Part shown: piece after piece, positions 20,280 to 29,914 of the stretch
How the letters are laid out: each line of letters opens with the position of its first letter
How positions within the stretch are numbered: the first letter of the stretch is position 1
DNA from: Candidatus Thiodiazotropha sp.
Lineage (GTDB): Bacteria > Pseudomonadota > Gammaproteobacteria > Chromatiales > Chromatiaceae
Assembly (NCBI GenBank): GCA_040791665.1
Contig: JBFNNX010000026.1
Location: 49,435 to 113,434, forward strand
Direction of reading: 5' to 3'
DNA: 64,000 nt
Program-made: the position numbers and the translations under genes
The notes under the pieces: generated by a model
What the model was told of the DNA's origin: nothing
The model's database searches: none
The model's input: only the letters and a program-made list of their open reading frames with translations

Positions 20280-20719
20280 TGTTATGTATCCATACAGCCA
20301 CCGAGGGTTGTCGCCTGGCATTTAGCGGTGAAGTCGTCAACGACGGAACCAGGCAATAGCCTTTCCTGCTCGTCATCAGTGGAGCATCACCACGCAAACC
20401 CGCGGAATCGGGTTCGATTCCAGGCTAGAAAACTAGCTCAGATGGCTGAAAAACTGTTAAAGTTCGCCGCTTGGGATCGGCTGCTGATCGAACTGAAAAT
20501 ATGGCGCCCAATGCAAAGGGAGAGCAACATGGCCAAAATGCATCGGCCCGGCATCTATTCCCGGAGTATGGTCCTGCTACGGACTCAAACTCGAAAGCTG
20601 CAATGGCGCGGAGGGTTCAGATTAAGAGCCAGATATCCAATGGGCACCTGTGCGCTTGGCTGGATAACCGCTTGCGCCTAAAGCAATTTATTCGGCAGCA
20701 GGCGGTTACATACCGCGCG

Positions 20720-20755
20720 GGTACTGGCTTATATGGCTATCCAAGAGCCAGTACC
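20720..20755 (-). promoter_or_regulatory. Stem-loop in the long rne leader region
   Basis: GGTACTGGCT-N16-AGCCAGTACC perfect inverted repeat in the ~550-bp rne-rluC intergenic region. Structured rne 5' UTRs are established in gammaproteobacteria. Confidence 0.4.
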
Positions 20756-20827
20756 TGAAAAACTGATGCTGAATATAGCAACCTTCAACCCGAACATCAA
20801 TCGATACGCATAATTAAACGACGCTAA

Positions 20828-21793
20828 ATGTCAGAATCAAAAAAGAATTCTCCATCGGTTCGGATTGTCGAGGTGGCCCCGGAATATGCCGGACAGCGAA
20901 TCGATAATTTTCTGATGCGTCGACTCAAGGGTGTACCGAAGAGCTATATCTATCGCATTCTGCGAAAAGGCGAGGTGAGGGTTAACAAGGGAAGAGTCAA
21001 GGCGCCATATAAGATTCGGGCGGGAGATCTGGTCAGGATACCTCCGGTACGTACTGACAAAACGGAGGCACCGCATCGCCTATCGGAAAGGCTGCGCATC
21101 ACCCTTGAACATGCGGTGGTGTACGAAGACGAGCGTCTGCTGGTACTGAATAAACCCTCCGGTTTGGCGGTGCATGGTGGCAGCGGCGTGAGTAGCGGTA
21201 TCATAGAGGCGCTACGGTTAATGCGGCCGGATGAGCGCCAATTGGAGCTTGTGCACCGATTGGATCGAGAGACTTCAGGGTGTTTGCTGATCAGCAAGCG
21301 TCGCAGCAGCTTACGGATTCTGCATGAACTCATGCGTGAAAACCGGGTCGATAAGCGGTATCTGGCACTCCTTGCCGGTAGCTGGCGCAAGGGGGTGCAG
21401 GTTGTGGATATGCCCTTGAAAAAAAACACCTTACAAGGTGGAGAGAGGGTAGTCAGGGTAGACGCCGAGGGTAAACAGGCTGAAACCCGGTACAAACGCC
21501 TGCGGCGTTTTAAGGAATCGACATTGGTTGAAGTGGAGCTGGTCACCGGACGTACGCACCAGATCCGCGTACATAGCGCCTGGTTGGGTTCACCGGTTCT
21601 GGGTGATACAAAGTATGGCGAGGATGATGCCAACAAGCGTATGCGGGAGATAGGATTGAGACGACTCTTCCTGCATGCCCATCAAGTCAGTTTCCGCTGG
21701 CCCGGTGTGACAGAAGACTTGAATGTTCAGGCGCCCCTGCCGCACGATCTGACTGAACTCCTGGAAAGGCTTAAGATTAAAGATGAAGTTTGA
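20828..21793 (+). CDS. rluC: 23S rRNA pseudouridine synthase RluC
   Basis: S4 domain GQRIDNFL, LNKPSG, HRLDRETSG, TGRTHQIRVH; divergent from rne as is conserved. Confidence 0.94.
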   Translation: MSESKKNSPSVRIVEVAPEYAGQRIDNFLMRRLKGVPKSYIYRILRKGEVRVNKGRVKAPYKIRAGDLVRIPPVRTDKTEAPHRLSERLRITLEHAVVYEDERLLVLNKPSGLAVHGGSGVSSGIIEALRLMRPDERQLELVHRLDRETSGCLLISKRRSSLRILHELMRENRVDKRYLALLAGSWRKGVQVVDMPLKKNTLQGGERVVRVDAEGKQAETRYKRLRRFKESTLVEVELVTGRTHQIRVHSAWLGSPVLGDTKYGEDDANKRMREIGLRRLFLHAHQVSFRWPGVTEDLNVQAPLPHDLTELLERLKIKDEV

Positions 21794-22433
21794 GTTATTA
21801 GTTTTTGATTGGGATGGAACTTTAATGGATTCTGAGGCACACATAATCGAGTGTGTCGAAGCTGCGGTGAGTGACTTGAATCTGCCGCTGCCGAGCCAGG
21901 ATGCGATTCGGGACATCATCGGTCTTGGATTACTCGAGGCAGTCAATACCCTCTTTCCCGGCAGTAGAGAGGGCCTGCATCTCGAAATCGCCGCCCGCTA
22001 TCGGGTCCATTTTTTCAAAAACAGCGGATCTCCATCACAACTTTTTGAGGGTGTTCGGGAGGTTCTCAGTGAGCTGTTGCAACAGGGTTACCTTCTGGCA
22101 GTCGCCACCGGAAAGGGACGCAAAGGGCTGGACTATGCCCTTGAGTCGACCGGTCTGGACGATTTTTTTCATCTGACCCGATGTGCCGACGAAACCTTTT
22201 CCAAACCACATCCGGAGATGTTGAATCAGATTCTCGAGCAGACAGGGATCGAACCTCGGCAGGCGCTGATGATCGGGGATACGGAGTATGATCTTGAGAT
22301 GGCGCTCAATGCAGGCATGCCCTCTTTAGGCGTAACCTATGGCACCCACAGTCTGGAGCGATTGTTAAAACACAAACCGCTCGCCTGCGTGGATCGTGTT
22401 ACGGAGATTCCTGCCTGGTTGAGCAGTGGCTAA
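21783..22433 (+). CDS. HAD-superfamily hydrolase (phosphoglycolate phosphatase-like)
   Basis: FDWDGTL, ATGK, SKPHP, IGDTEYD. Confidence 0.9.
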   Translation: MKFELLVFDWDGTLMDSEAHIIECVEAAVSDLNLPLPSQDAIRDIIGLGLLEAVNTLFPGSREGLHLEIAARYRVHFFKNSGSPSQLFEGVREVLSELLQQGYLLAVATGKGRKGLDYALESTGLDDFFHLTRCADETFSKPHPEMLNQILEQTGIEPRQALMIGDTEYDLEMALNAGMPSLGVTYGTHSLERLLKHKPLACVDRVTEIPAWLSSG

Positions 22434-22527
22434 CCTCAGTTGTCAGGCGTTGTGTTAAGAAGATCGATTCTTAGAATGAAATTTAGATAAAAAATTATAT
22501 TTTACAATTCACTAAAGGGTATTTCTC

Positions 22528-23517
22528 ATGTCGGAAAGTAAAAATGGAGAGCAAAGGAATCAATCCGAACCCAGTCGCTGGGAGCGGGATTTGCTAAACC
22601 AGATGGTGATGGCGACTGTTAATGAAAATCGTCGCAGTCGCCGATGGGGAATCTTCTTCAAGTTGCTCACTTTCGGCTATCTTTTCCTGATATTAGGGGT
22701 CTTTCTCTGGGGCGATAAGCTACAGGTGGCGAAAACCGGTGCAGAGGAGCATACCGCGCTGGTCGAAGTGAAGGGATTGATCACATCGGAGACCAAGGCG
22801 AGTGCAGACAATATTGTCACCGGTCTGCGCAATGCATTTGAGGACAAGAAGACCAAAGGGGTCATTTTAAGGATGAATACCCCGGGTGGCAGTCCGGTAC
22901 AGTCCCGTTACATCAATCGGGAGATACGTCGTTTGAGAGAGAAATATCCAAAGATCCCAGTGTATGCCGTTGTTGCGGATATTTGTGCCTCCGGGGGCTA
23001 CTATATCGCTGTCGCCGCGGATAAAATCTATGCCGACGAGGGTAGTCTCATCGGTTCGATCGGGGTATTGATCAACGGCTTTGGCTTTGTCGACGGCATG
23101 CGGGAGCTGGGTATAGAACGAAGGCTGCTCACCGCCGGCGAGAATAAAGGTATTCTCGATCCTTTCTCTCCATTGGGCGAGACCGATAAAATTCATATCC
23201 AGCAGATGTTGGATCAACTCCATGGGCAATTTATCGCGACCGTAAAGGAGGGCAGGGGGGATCGTCTCAAGGTTGCGGAATATCCGGAACTCTTCAGTGG
23301 ACTTTTCTGGAACGGAGAGGATGCCAGGGAGATGGGGCTTATCGATGAGTTCGGCAGCAGCAGCTACGTGGCCCGAGAGGTCATCGGTGCGGAAGAGATA
23401 GTCGATTTCACACCGAAAGAGGATGTTTGGGAGCGTTTTGCGCGTAACATCGGCGCCGGCGCCGCGGAGGTGCTGGCTAGTATCGGTGGGTTGGGACCCG
23501 GGCCAAGCCTTCGTTGA
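22528..23517 (+). CDS. S49 family peptidase (SppA-like)
   Basis: TM segment, RMNTPGGSP, CASGGYY, GSIGV, AGENK. Confidence 0.9.
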   Translation: MSESKNGEQRNQSEPSRWERDLLNQMVMATVNENRRSRRWGIFFKLLTFGYLFLILGVFLWGDKLQVAKTGAEEHTALVEVKGLITSETKASADNIVTGLRNAFEDKKTKGVILRMNTPGGSPVQSRYINREIRRLREKYPKIPVYAVVADICASGGYYIAVAADKIYADEGSLIGSIGVLINGFGFVDGMRELGIERRLLTAGENKGILDPFSPLGETDKIHIQQMLDQLHGQFIATVKEGRGDRLKVAEYPELFSGLFWNGEDAREMGLIDEFGSSSYVAREVIGAEEIVDFTPKEDVWERFARNIGAGAAEVLASIGGLGPGPSLR

Positions 23518-23564
23518 TTTGAGACGACATCCAGGTACGCTATCCGCATGCCTTATCCAATAAA

Positions 23565-23589
23565 GGGTTCCCGCGATGAGTGGGAACCC
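23565..23589. terminator. Hairpin between convergent genes
   Basis: GGGTTCCC-N9-GGGAACCC. Confidence 0.5.
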
Positions 23590-23596
23590 GCTCTAT

Positions 23597-25431
23597 TTAA
23601 AACTCGATTCTCAATCCCGCATTGATCATATGCAGTGTGACATCGTCCTGGTCAAGCCGTGTCTCGTAGAAGAGATAACCGGATCTGCCCTGGGCGAAAA
23701 CGGCAGACAACCCGATTCCCAAATTGAAGTAGTCTCTATCCGCCTCATCGGTTTCGATGACAAATATGGACCGGGTCGGATCGTTCACGAATCTGGCACT
23801 GATGAAGCGTGAATCGTCCTTGAATTCATGCTCCCATTCAAAGCGGAGTTGCGGTATGAGCACCGCATCGGTGGTACTGAGTGTATAGGAGACGTTTCCA
23901 CCGACCACCAACACCAAAGAGTCAAGCTCCTGATCCTCAATATGCAGCATCGATCCCAGGCCGGCTACGGTGGGATTGGATGCCGTTTCCGTGTAGGCGT
24001 CGATCTCTGCGCGGGTATAGGACAACCGTCCATAAGGCGTGAAGGACAATGCTTCTCGGCTATAGTCATAGCCGGCGCTAAGATTTAACGCAAATTCCTA
24101 CCGTCTGTATCTCCTTGACCAAATTGATCGGAGCCGCCAGGGGCATTCACCCGGCGTCGCGTGTCATAGCTGTTCGAGCCGAATTGGATCAGTCCATCGA
24201 CGTAGACGTTGTTGTCATGAAAGTACGTGCCGTATGCTGAAAGGCTCCAGGCATCCATCTCGAGATTGCCGGCGGCATCGTTGTAGTCGGAATCGTATCG
24301 GGAAATACCCAGAGCACCTCCGGCGACCATATTCTTGTTGAAGCGGTAATCGAGGTCCAGGGTAATGCCACGGGAATCGAAGTCGAATCCTGTCTCCTGG
24401 GAGGTATCATCCTTATCCCCGAAATTGGCTGTGCCGTTGATGAAGGCGCCCCAACGGCCCTGCAACGCCTCATCGCCTGCGCCACTGCCTCGCGTAGACT
24501 TGTCCGTTGGGATCAGGCCGGTAAACAATCCTTTGTTGAATGAGATACCCGCATAGTTGACCGTCAGACCGCTTAAGTTGAAACCGGTATCGCCTGCGCG
24601 CAGCGCCACGAGTCGAGAATTTATATTGGTGAGCTGGGTGGTGGCGGCCTCGATGGAGGCGGTACCCTGCGCGGCAACCTCCTCGGGAGCCAGCTGCGTC
24701 AGGGTACTGGCGATGCCGCTATCGGTATCGGAGACAAGAATTTCGCAGGTCATCAACAGATCTTGTTCAGCCGGACTTAAACTACCGCTCGTTTGCTTTT
24801 CAACAAGGGATGGACACAGGTTGTCAATGGAGGAACCTACGGCTTGCTGATTCTCTGTCAAACCGGGTATCGCGGTGATGCTGTTGATCACGAATGAGAC
24901 CGTGGAAGTGGTCATTGAGGCAATGAGCTTGATCACGCCTGTTTGCTGAATGGTCAGGGTCGTGGACGCCTGGCCATCCTGGTCAGTGGAGGATTCGCTT
25001 TCACTCAAGGTGCCTGCGGTCGCCGGTAGAAGCTGCCAGTCAATGGCTCTGCCAACTATCGGGGTGCCGCTAGGATCGACCAGTTGCACGGTGAAGGGTC
25101 CAGCCGTCTCACCTGTGCTTCCGGATAGGTTGCTGCCGGAGACGATCTGCAGTTGACTCTCATCCCTTTGAATGGTGATCGTCACTTGATCTTCATGGCT
25201 CAGCCCAGCATCGTCCGTAACTCTCGGGGTAAGGCTATGCACCCCCAGACCAAGTACGACGGAAGGCATGGCGCCTGTGGCGATTTCACTGCTGCCGTCG
25301 TACCACTGATAGGTGACGATTGAGCCATCGGGATCCACAGAGTTTGTGCCATCGAGAGTGACCGAGGCCGAGCCATCGCCATCGAGATCAGTCAGTGGTT
25401 GCTCTGAACTGGCAGTTGTCTGTACTTTGAG
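23597..25431 (-). pseudogene. Autotransporter remnant (PKD + Ig-like + beta-barrel), 5'-truncated and frameshifted
   Basis: The frame starts directly after the hypE stop with no start codon or signal peptide. A 1-bp shift near 24098-24100 links ...GDTDG to EFALNLSAGYDYSREALSFTPYG..., and the ORF ends in barrel-type AGLRIEF. Confidence 0.85.
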
Positions 25432-26445
25432 TCAGCAGATTCGAGGTAGCGGATCATCCTCCAACTCTTCCAAGATGCGCGTCCCTCCCAGATCAGTCTG
25501 CAAGATGACATAGGGATCTTCCAGTCGTGTCTTGCCGATCAATGCCGCAAGGTCGCCGCCAGGCAGATTTTTCCAGCGCGCCAGGGCCTCGTCTGCCTGA
25601 TCGGCGTCGACCACGGCGACGACGCGCCCTTCACAGGCCAGGAAGAGCGGATCATAGCCGAGCATCTCGCAGACGGAATTGACCGGATCGCGAACCGGAA
25701 TGGCCGCCTGATCAAGCCTGACCTGCAATCCGCTGGCCCGGCAGATTTCGTGGGCCACGGTAGCGACACCTCCCCGCGTGGGATCGCGCATGAAGCGTAG
25801 ACCCGACAAATCGAGCAAGGCTTGAGTAAAGGGCAGAACTGAGCCGGCGTCGGATTTTACGTCGCCCCTCAGTCCGAACTGTTCGCGGGCGAGCATTACG
25901 GCAATACCGTGGTCACCGACGGGGCCGCTGACCAGCAGGTTGTCGCCCGGCCTGATCATACCCATACCGAGATTTATTCGACCATCGCGTAGGCCGATGC
26001 CGGTTGTCGCCAGATAGATACCACCGCCCTCACCGCGTCGGACCACTTTGGTATCTCCAGTTACCACATGAACATCGACAGCGCCCGCCGCGTCGGCGAT
26101 GCTTCTGATAATGCGTTCCAACTGCGCTACCTCGAATCCCTCCTCGATAAAGGCGTTGAGACTGAGATACTTTGGTACCGCACCGCTTACCGCCAGGTCG
26201 TTGGTTGTACCATGGACGGCCAGTGAACCGATGTCGCCTCCCGGGAACTCCAAGGGTTGGACGGTAAATCCATCGGTAGTGAAGAGCAGATCACCGCTAT
26301 TCAGTCCCGGCAGCACTGCGGCATCTGCCTGGATATCAAGATTGGCGTTCTTCAGATAGCGCGCAAACAGGGACTCGATCAACTCCCGCATGTAGCGCCC
26401 ACCATTGCCGTGGGCAAGTGAGATGTGTGTGTCCTGAAGAGTCAT
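25432..26445 (-). CDS. hypE: Hydrogenase maturation carbamoyl dehydratase HypE
   Basis: ISLAHGNGG, FTTDGFTV, GTTNDLAV, TGDTKVV, RDPTRGG, ACEG, and C-terminal PRIC. Confidence 0.95.
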   Translation of the reverse strand: MTLQDTHISLAHGNGGRYMRELIESLFARYLKNANLDIQADAAVLPGLNSGDLLFTTDGFTVQPLEFPGGDIGSLAVHGTTNDLAVSGAVPKYLSLNAFIEEGFEVAQLERIIRSIADAAGAVDVHVVTGDTKVVRRGEGGGIYLATTGIGLRDGRINLGMGMIRPGDNLLVSGPVGDHGIAVMLAREQFGLRGDVKSDAGSVLPFTQALLDLSGLRFMRDPTRGGVATVAHEICRASGLQVRLDQAAIPVRDPVNSVCEMLGYDPLFLACEGRVVAVVDADQADEALARWKNLPGGDLAALIGKTRLEDPYVILQTDLGGTRILEELEDDPLPRIC

Positions 26446-26471
26446 AAAAAGCCCCGCCACAGGGGCGGGGC
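26446..26471 (-). terminator. Intrinsic terminator of the sulfur globule gene
   Basis: Minus strand GCCCCGCC-CCTGT-GGCGGGGC-TTTTT, immediately followed by the hypE ATG. Confidence 0.75.
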
Positions 26472-26496
26472 AAGTTTTTTATCAGTTGGATTGTAA

Positions 26497-26826
26497 TTAT
26501 TGGCTTTCTGCCGGAGCCGCCGGCGCAGCCGGAGCTGCCGGTGTGGCATAGGGATAGCCATAACCATAGGCAGGATAGCCATACCCATAACCGGGATAGC
26601 CATAACCATAACCGGGATAGCCATAGCCATAACCGGGATAGCCATAACCATAACCGGGATAGCCATAGCCATAGCCAGGATAGCCCCAAGGTCCATATCC
26701 AGGTCCATACCAGTCGTCATCATCAAACCAATCGAAAGGACCCCAGAATGCCTGAGCGGGTAGAGTAGTCAACAGAGCGGATCCGGCGATTGCAGCTACA
26801 GCAACAGTTTTTAAGGTTTTTTTCAT
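26497..26826 (-). CDS. Sulfur globule envelope protein (SgpA/B-like)
   Basis: Sec signal ending AQA-FWGPF, G/Y/P-rich body (GPWG, tandem GYGYGYP), and AP-rich tail, as in Chromatiaceae Sgp proteins. Confidence 0.8.
   Translation of the reverse strand: MKKTLKTVAVAAIAGSALLTTLPAQAFWGPFDWFDDDDWYGPGYGPWGYPGYGYGYPGYGYGYPGYGYGYPGYGYGYPGYGYGYPAYGYGYPYATPAAPAAPAAPAESQ
26552..26685 (-). repeat. Coding tandem repeat, 21-bp unit (GYGYGYP), about 6 copies
   Basis: Units such as CCATAACCGGGATAGCCATAA recur with synonymous variation. Confidence 0.85.
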
Positions 26827-26984
26827 GGCACAATGTCTCCTTCGTATCACTTTCTGATATTTCGTCAGGTGGTGAGTTACCACCCAGCCTCAACACCCAA
26901 TTTCTTATTGTGTCGGTTCATGGCCTGTTGTGGTGCTGTTCCTTGAACCTCTTAAATACTATATGCCAGTGAGAGTTTTTTTGC

Positions 26985-26998
26985 TTGATTTGAATCAT
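26985..26998. promoter_or_regulatory. FNR/CRP-family-like box upstream of the sgp gene
   Basis: TTGAT-TTGA-ATCAT, one mismatch to TTGAT-N4-ATCAA. Confidence 0.35.
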
Positions 26999-27026
26999 TA
27001 AATAATCAATCTTTAATATTCTAGCT

Positions 27027-28142
27027 TTAAAGCAGTTCCGACAGGCGTTTGAATGCGTTTTCAATCTCCTCTTCATGGTTGTAAAAGTGGGGTGAGAAGC
27101 GAATCCCGCCGGCGCGGAATGCACACATGACCTGCTCTCCCATAAGGGCTTGACAAAGGGCATGGTTATCTCTGTCCGGTACGCGAAAGGTCACGATTCC
27201 CGCCCGCTTCTGAGGCTCTCTCGGGGTCAACAGTTCAAATCCTGACGTGTCCACTTGTTCGATGAGGAAGTCGGCATTTCTCATGATGTCTGTGGAGATT
27301 CTACTCAGCCCGATCTCGTGGATGAAATTGAGACTTGCGCGCAGCGCGTGGATACCCAGCATGTTCGAACTGCCGCACTCAAATCGTCTCGCGTTCCGTG
27401 CCGGTTGCCAATCGGTACGATCGAAATCTCCCATGGATTCCACCATGTGCCAGCCAAACTGATGCAGTTTGAGTTGCGGCCGTAGTGCTGCGTTGCAATA
27501 GAAGAGGGCGACACCCTCCGCACCCAGCATCCATTTGTGACCGTCAGCCACGACGATATCGGCATGACACTCCGAGAGATCGAGGGGGAATGCACCCAGA
27601 CTCTGAATGGCATCGACCACGAAGATCACATCATGGCTCCTGCAATACTCGCCCAGGTCTCGCAGTTGCAGTCGCTCTCCCGCTGCATATTGAACTGAGC
27701 TGACCGACAGCAGTCTTGTTTTATCGTCACACAGAGCGATCAAATCATTCTCAGGATCGCGACTGAGATTCAGATCCAGTAATCGTAGCTCGACACCATG
27801 GGGCTTGAGCGACTCCCAGACGATACGATTGGATGGGAACTCCTGGGCGATCGACACGATATTGTCACCCGGCTGCCAATCGAGACCGTATGCAATCACC
27901 GACAGGCCTTCGGAGGTACTCTTCAGCAGCGCTATGTCTTGATCCGAAGGTGCATTGATCAACTGCGCCATTAGGCTGCGCAGCTCACTTTCAACGCCCA
28001 GCCAGCGCGCATAGTGGGAGGAGCCATTGAAACCGTTTTCCTGAGCAAAACGAACCACTTCACTGACGGTACGTTCCGGCCAGGGTGCGACCGCAGCATG
28101 GTTCAGGTAGATCATGGCCGGATCGAGTGAAAATAGTGACAC
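27027..28142 (-). CDS. Class V PLP-dependent aminotransferase / desulfurase-like enzyme
   Basis: YLNHAAVAP, DAIQSLG, ADGHKW (PLP lysine), IRFSPHFYN. Confidence 0.85.
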   Translation of the reverse strand: MSLFSLDPAMIYLNHAAVAPWPERTVSEVVRFAQENGFNGSSHYARWLGVESELRSLMAQLINAPSDQDIALLKSTSEGLSVIAYGLDWQPGDNIVSIAQEFPSNRIVWESLKPHGVELRLLDLNLSRDPENDLIALCDDKTRLLSVSSVQYAAGERLQLRDLGEYCRSHDVIFVVDAIQSLGAFPLDLSECHADIVVADGHKWMLGAEGVALFYCNAALRPQLKLHQFGWHMVESMGDFDRTDWQPARNARRFECGSSNMLGIHALRASLNFIHEIGLSRISTDIMRNADFLIEQVDTSGFELLTPREPQKRAGIVTFRVPDRDNHALCQALMGEQVMCAFRAGGIRFSPHFYNHEEEIENAFKRLSELL

Positions 28143-28193
28143 AAATGACCTCTATGTTATGTTGCCGAAGATACGGCTTATCCAGGAGATACT

Positions 28194-28574
28194 ATGCAGG
28201 CAAAAATCTTACGGCATGATGCGTCAAAGGAGCACTTTTTCCAAGAGGGTTGTTATATCAATGAACTTTCGAACCATGACGGAGATAGCGGTCTTTCGAT
28301 CGCCCGGGCCAGGGTTGAACCCGGTGTAACCACACGGCTGCATCGTTTGAATCGTAGCGCTGAGCGTTACTGCATAATCAGTGGCAAGGGACTGGTTGAG
28401 GTAGAGGGATTGTCTCCGCAGATCGTCACCGCCGGAGATGTGGTGCTTATTCCTCCAGGTTGTGCCCAACGGGTTAGTAACACAAGTGATGAGGAATTGA
28501 TATTTCTGGCGCTTTGTACCCCGCGTTTCCATCCGCATGACTATCTTGAGCTTGATGAAACCGATGGTGTATAA
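28194..28574 (+). CDS. Cupin domain protein
   Basis: LHRL...ERYCIISGKG...GDVVLIPPG..QRVSN. Confidence 0.85.
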   Translation: MQAKILRHDASKEHFFQEGCYINELSNHDGDSGLSIARARVEPGVTTRLHRLNRSAERYCIISGKGLVEVEGLSPQIVTAGDVVLIPPGCAQRVSNTSDEELIFLALCTPRFHPHDYLELDETDGV

Positions 28575-29013
28575 AGCGCGACACAAGCAACTATGCCTCT
28601 ATTCAATACTTAAGAAAAACAGTATGTTATGGACTTCAAGCAGTCAAACGAGCGATAAGAAGGGAATTATCCGCTTTGGGTAAAGGCGATAATCCGGATA
28701 GTCTTGATGAAACGCTGCCAGGTATATGAACTCTACAGCCGATTTGATTGTAATTTATTGAAATAAAAAGATAAAAACAGACAGGCATGCAGTTTTTTTC
28801 GCGGTGATTTATGATTTTTGTCACAAAACCAACCAAGAAAGGGAAAAAAGGTATATAATTATATCAGGAAATAATAATATATGACGCTAACATAGATAGA
28901 GAGGTTGTGGTCCAGAACTGATAATCATCGATTATTGAGAATTATCAGTGATTAATCAGGGATCGTTTGTCATTATATTATTAATGACTAATACGCGAGT
29001 AGTGAGGTGTATC

Positions 29014-29244
29014 ATGTCATTTCTGAACTGTAAACGTCTGCGTAGTGTAGTCACACTGGCCGGTGTGCTTCTCATCGGCGGTATGCTGCTTGAAGTGATT
29101 GCTCATTGGACGGCTTCGAACATGGTGCTCCTGATTCTCCAGCCGATCGCATTGGGAATGGTGCTGATCAGCCCGTTGGTGATGCTGATCGCAATGGCAC
29201 TCAGTCTGATTCCCGGTAAGAGTTTCAAGGATTGTATCCATTAA
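29014..29244 (+). CDS. Small two-TM membrane protein, unknown function
   Basis: RBS GAGGTG before ATG 29014; two hydrophobic segments. Confidence 0.55.
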   Translation: MSFLNCKRLRSVVTLAGVLLIGGMLLEVIAHWTASNMVLLILQPIALGMVLISPLVMLIAMALSLIPGKSFKDCIH

Positions 29245-29275
29245 CAGCTGTATGATGGCTGAATAGGTTAAAAAC

Positions 29276-29914
29276 CTATTCAGCCAACAGCTGTTGTGCG
29301 CTTCCGGTTTCCAAGCCGAACTCCTCCTCGACCATCTTCAGCCAGCGCTCCCTCTTGAAGGTCTTTTCATCCGGTACTTTTCTGTGTACCAGGTTGATAT
29401 GACAGTCGATGCAGCTTTTTCCTTTAGTCTCTTCGCGGTGTATGGAATTGGTGTCGGCACGTCTGCCTTGAATCGCTTCCAACACATGACATCGCTTGCA
29501 GGTGGCTGAGTCCCTCGCCTTGAACCATTTCCTGGCTTCAAAGGCGGCGTCTGGAAGATGCAGTGTGTTGATCACGGGATCGTCGTAATCCGGTCCAAAG
29601 AGCTTTCCCGAGATTTGGGTCAGGAGATCCTTCCCCCCCAGGAAGTGATCCCAGGTGGCGGCGAAAACGCCTTCGGAGACGTGACAGTCCCCGCAGGATG
29701 CGCGCACACCGGATATGGGTTTATAGTGTGTCGAGAGCCGGTAGGTTTCCGCCGCGATCTCCATGGAGTGACAAGTGGTGCAAAACGCTTCTGAACTGGT
29801 GAGCTCGTCAAATTCAATCAGAAACAGTAGAAATCCGATTCCGGCTATACCACCGATGACAAGTGCAACGAGTACCTGCCGATTTACGAAGTAGGGCAGT
29901 TTCCATTTACTCAT
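29276..29914 (-). CDS. NapC/NirT/cM552-family membrane tetraheme cytochrome c
   Basis: N-terminal TM; CTTCH, CGDCH, CKRCH, CIDCH. Confidence 0.9.
   Translation of the reverse strand: MSKWKLPYFVNRQVLVALVIGGIAGIGFLLFLIEFDELTSSEAFCTTCHSMEIAAETYRLSTHYKPISGVRASCGDCHVSEGVFAATWDHFLGGKDLLTQISGKLFGPDYDDPVINTLHLPDAAFEARKWFKARDSATCKRCHVLEAIQGRRADTNSIHREETKGKSCIDCHINLVHRKVPDEKTFKRERWLKMVEEEFGLETGSAQQLLAE

Noticed and set aside
23550-23562. GCCTTATCCAATA also found inverted at 60898..60910, resembling an enterobacterial REP core
   Set aside because: Only two 13-bp copies with no shared palindromic context, too weak to call without a genome-wide count.
25338-25434. Stop-codon read-through or Sec recoding fusing HypE to the in-frame autotransporter
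   Set aside because: HypE needs its free C-terminal Cys (PRIC), a cytoplasmic enzyme fused to an outer-membrane barrel is implausible, and no SECIS-like hairpin was recognised.
26552-26685. Tandem repeats as a CRISPR array
   Set aside because: The units are contiguous with no unique spacers, they are in-frame coding with synonymous variation, and no cas genes are present.
26336-26768. Low-complexity ORFs in other frames (WLWLSRL, MAMAIP, HSHNRDS repeats)
   Set aside because: These are frame shadows of the sgp coding repeat.
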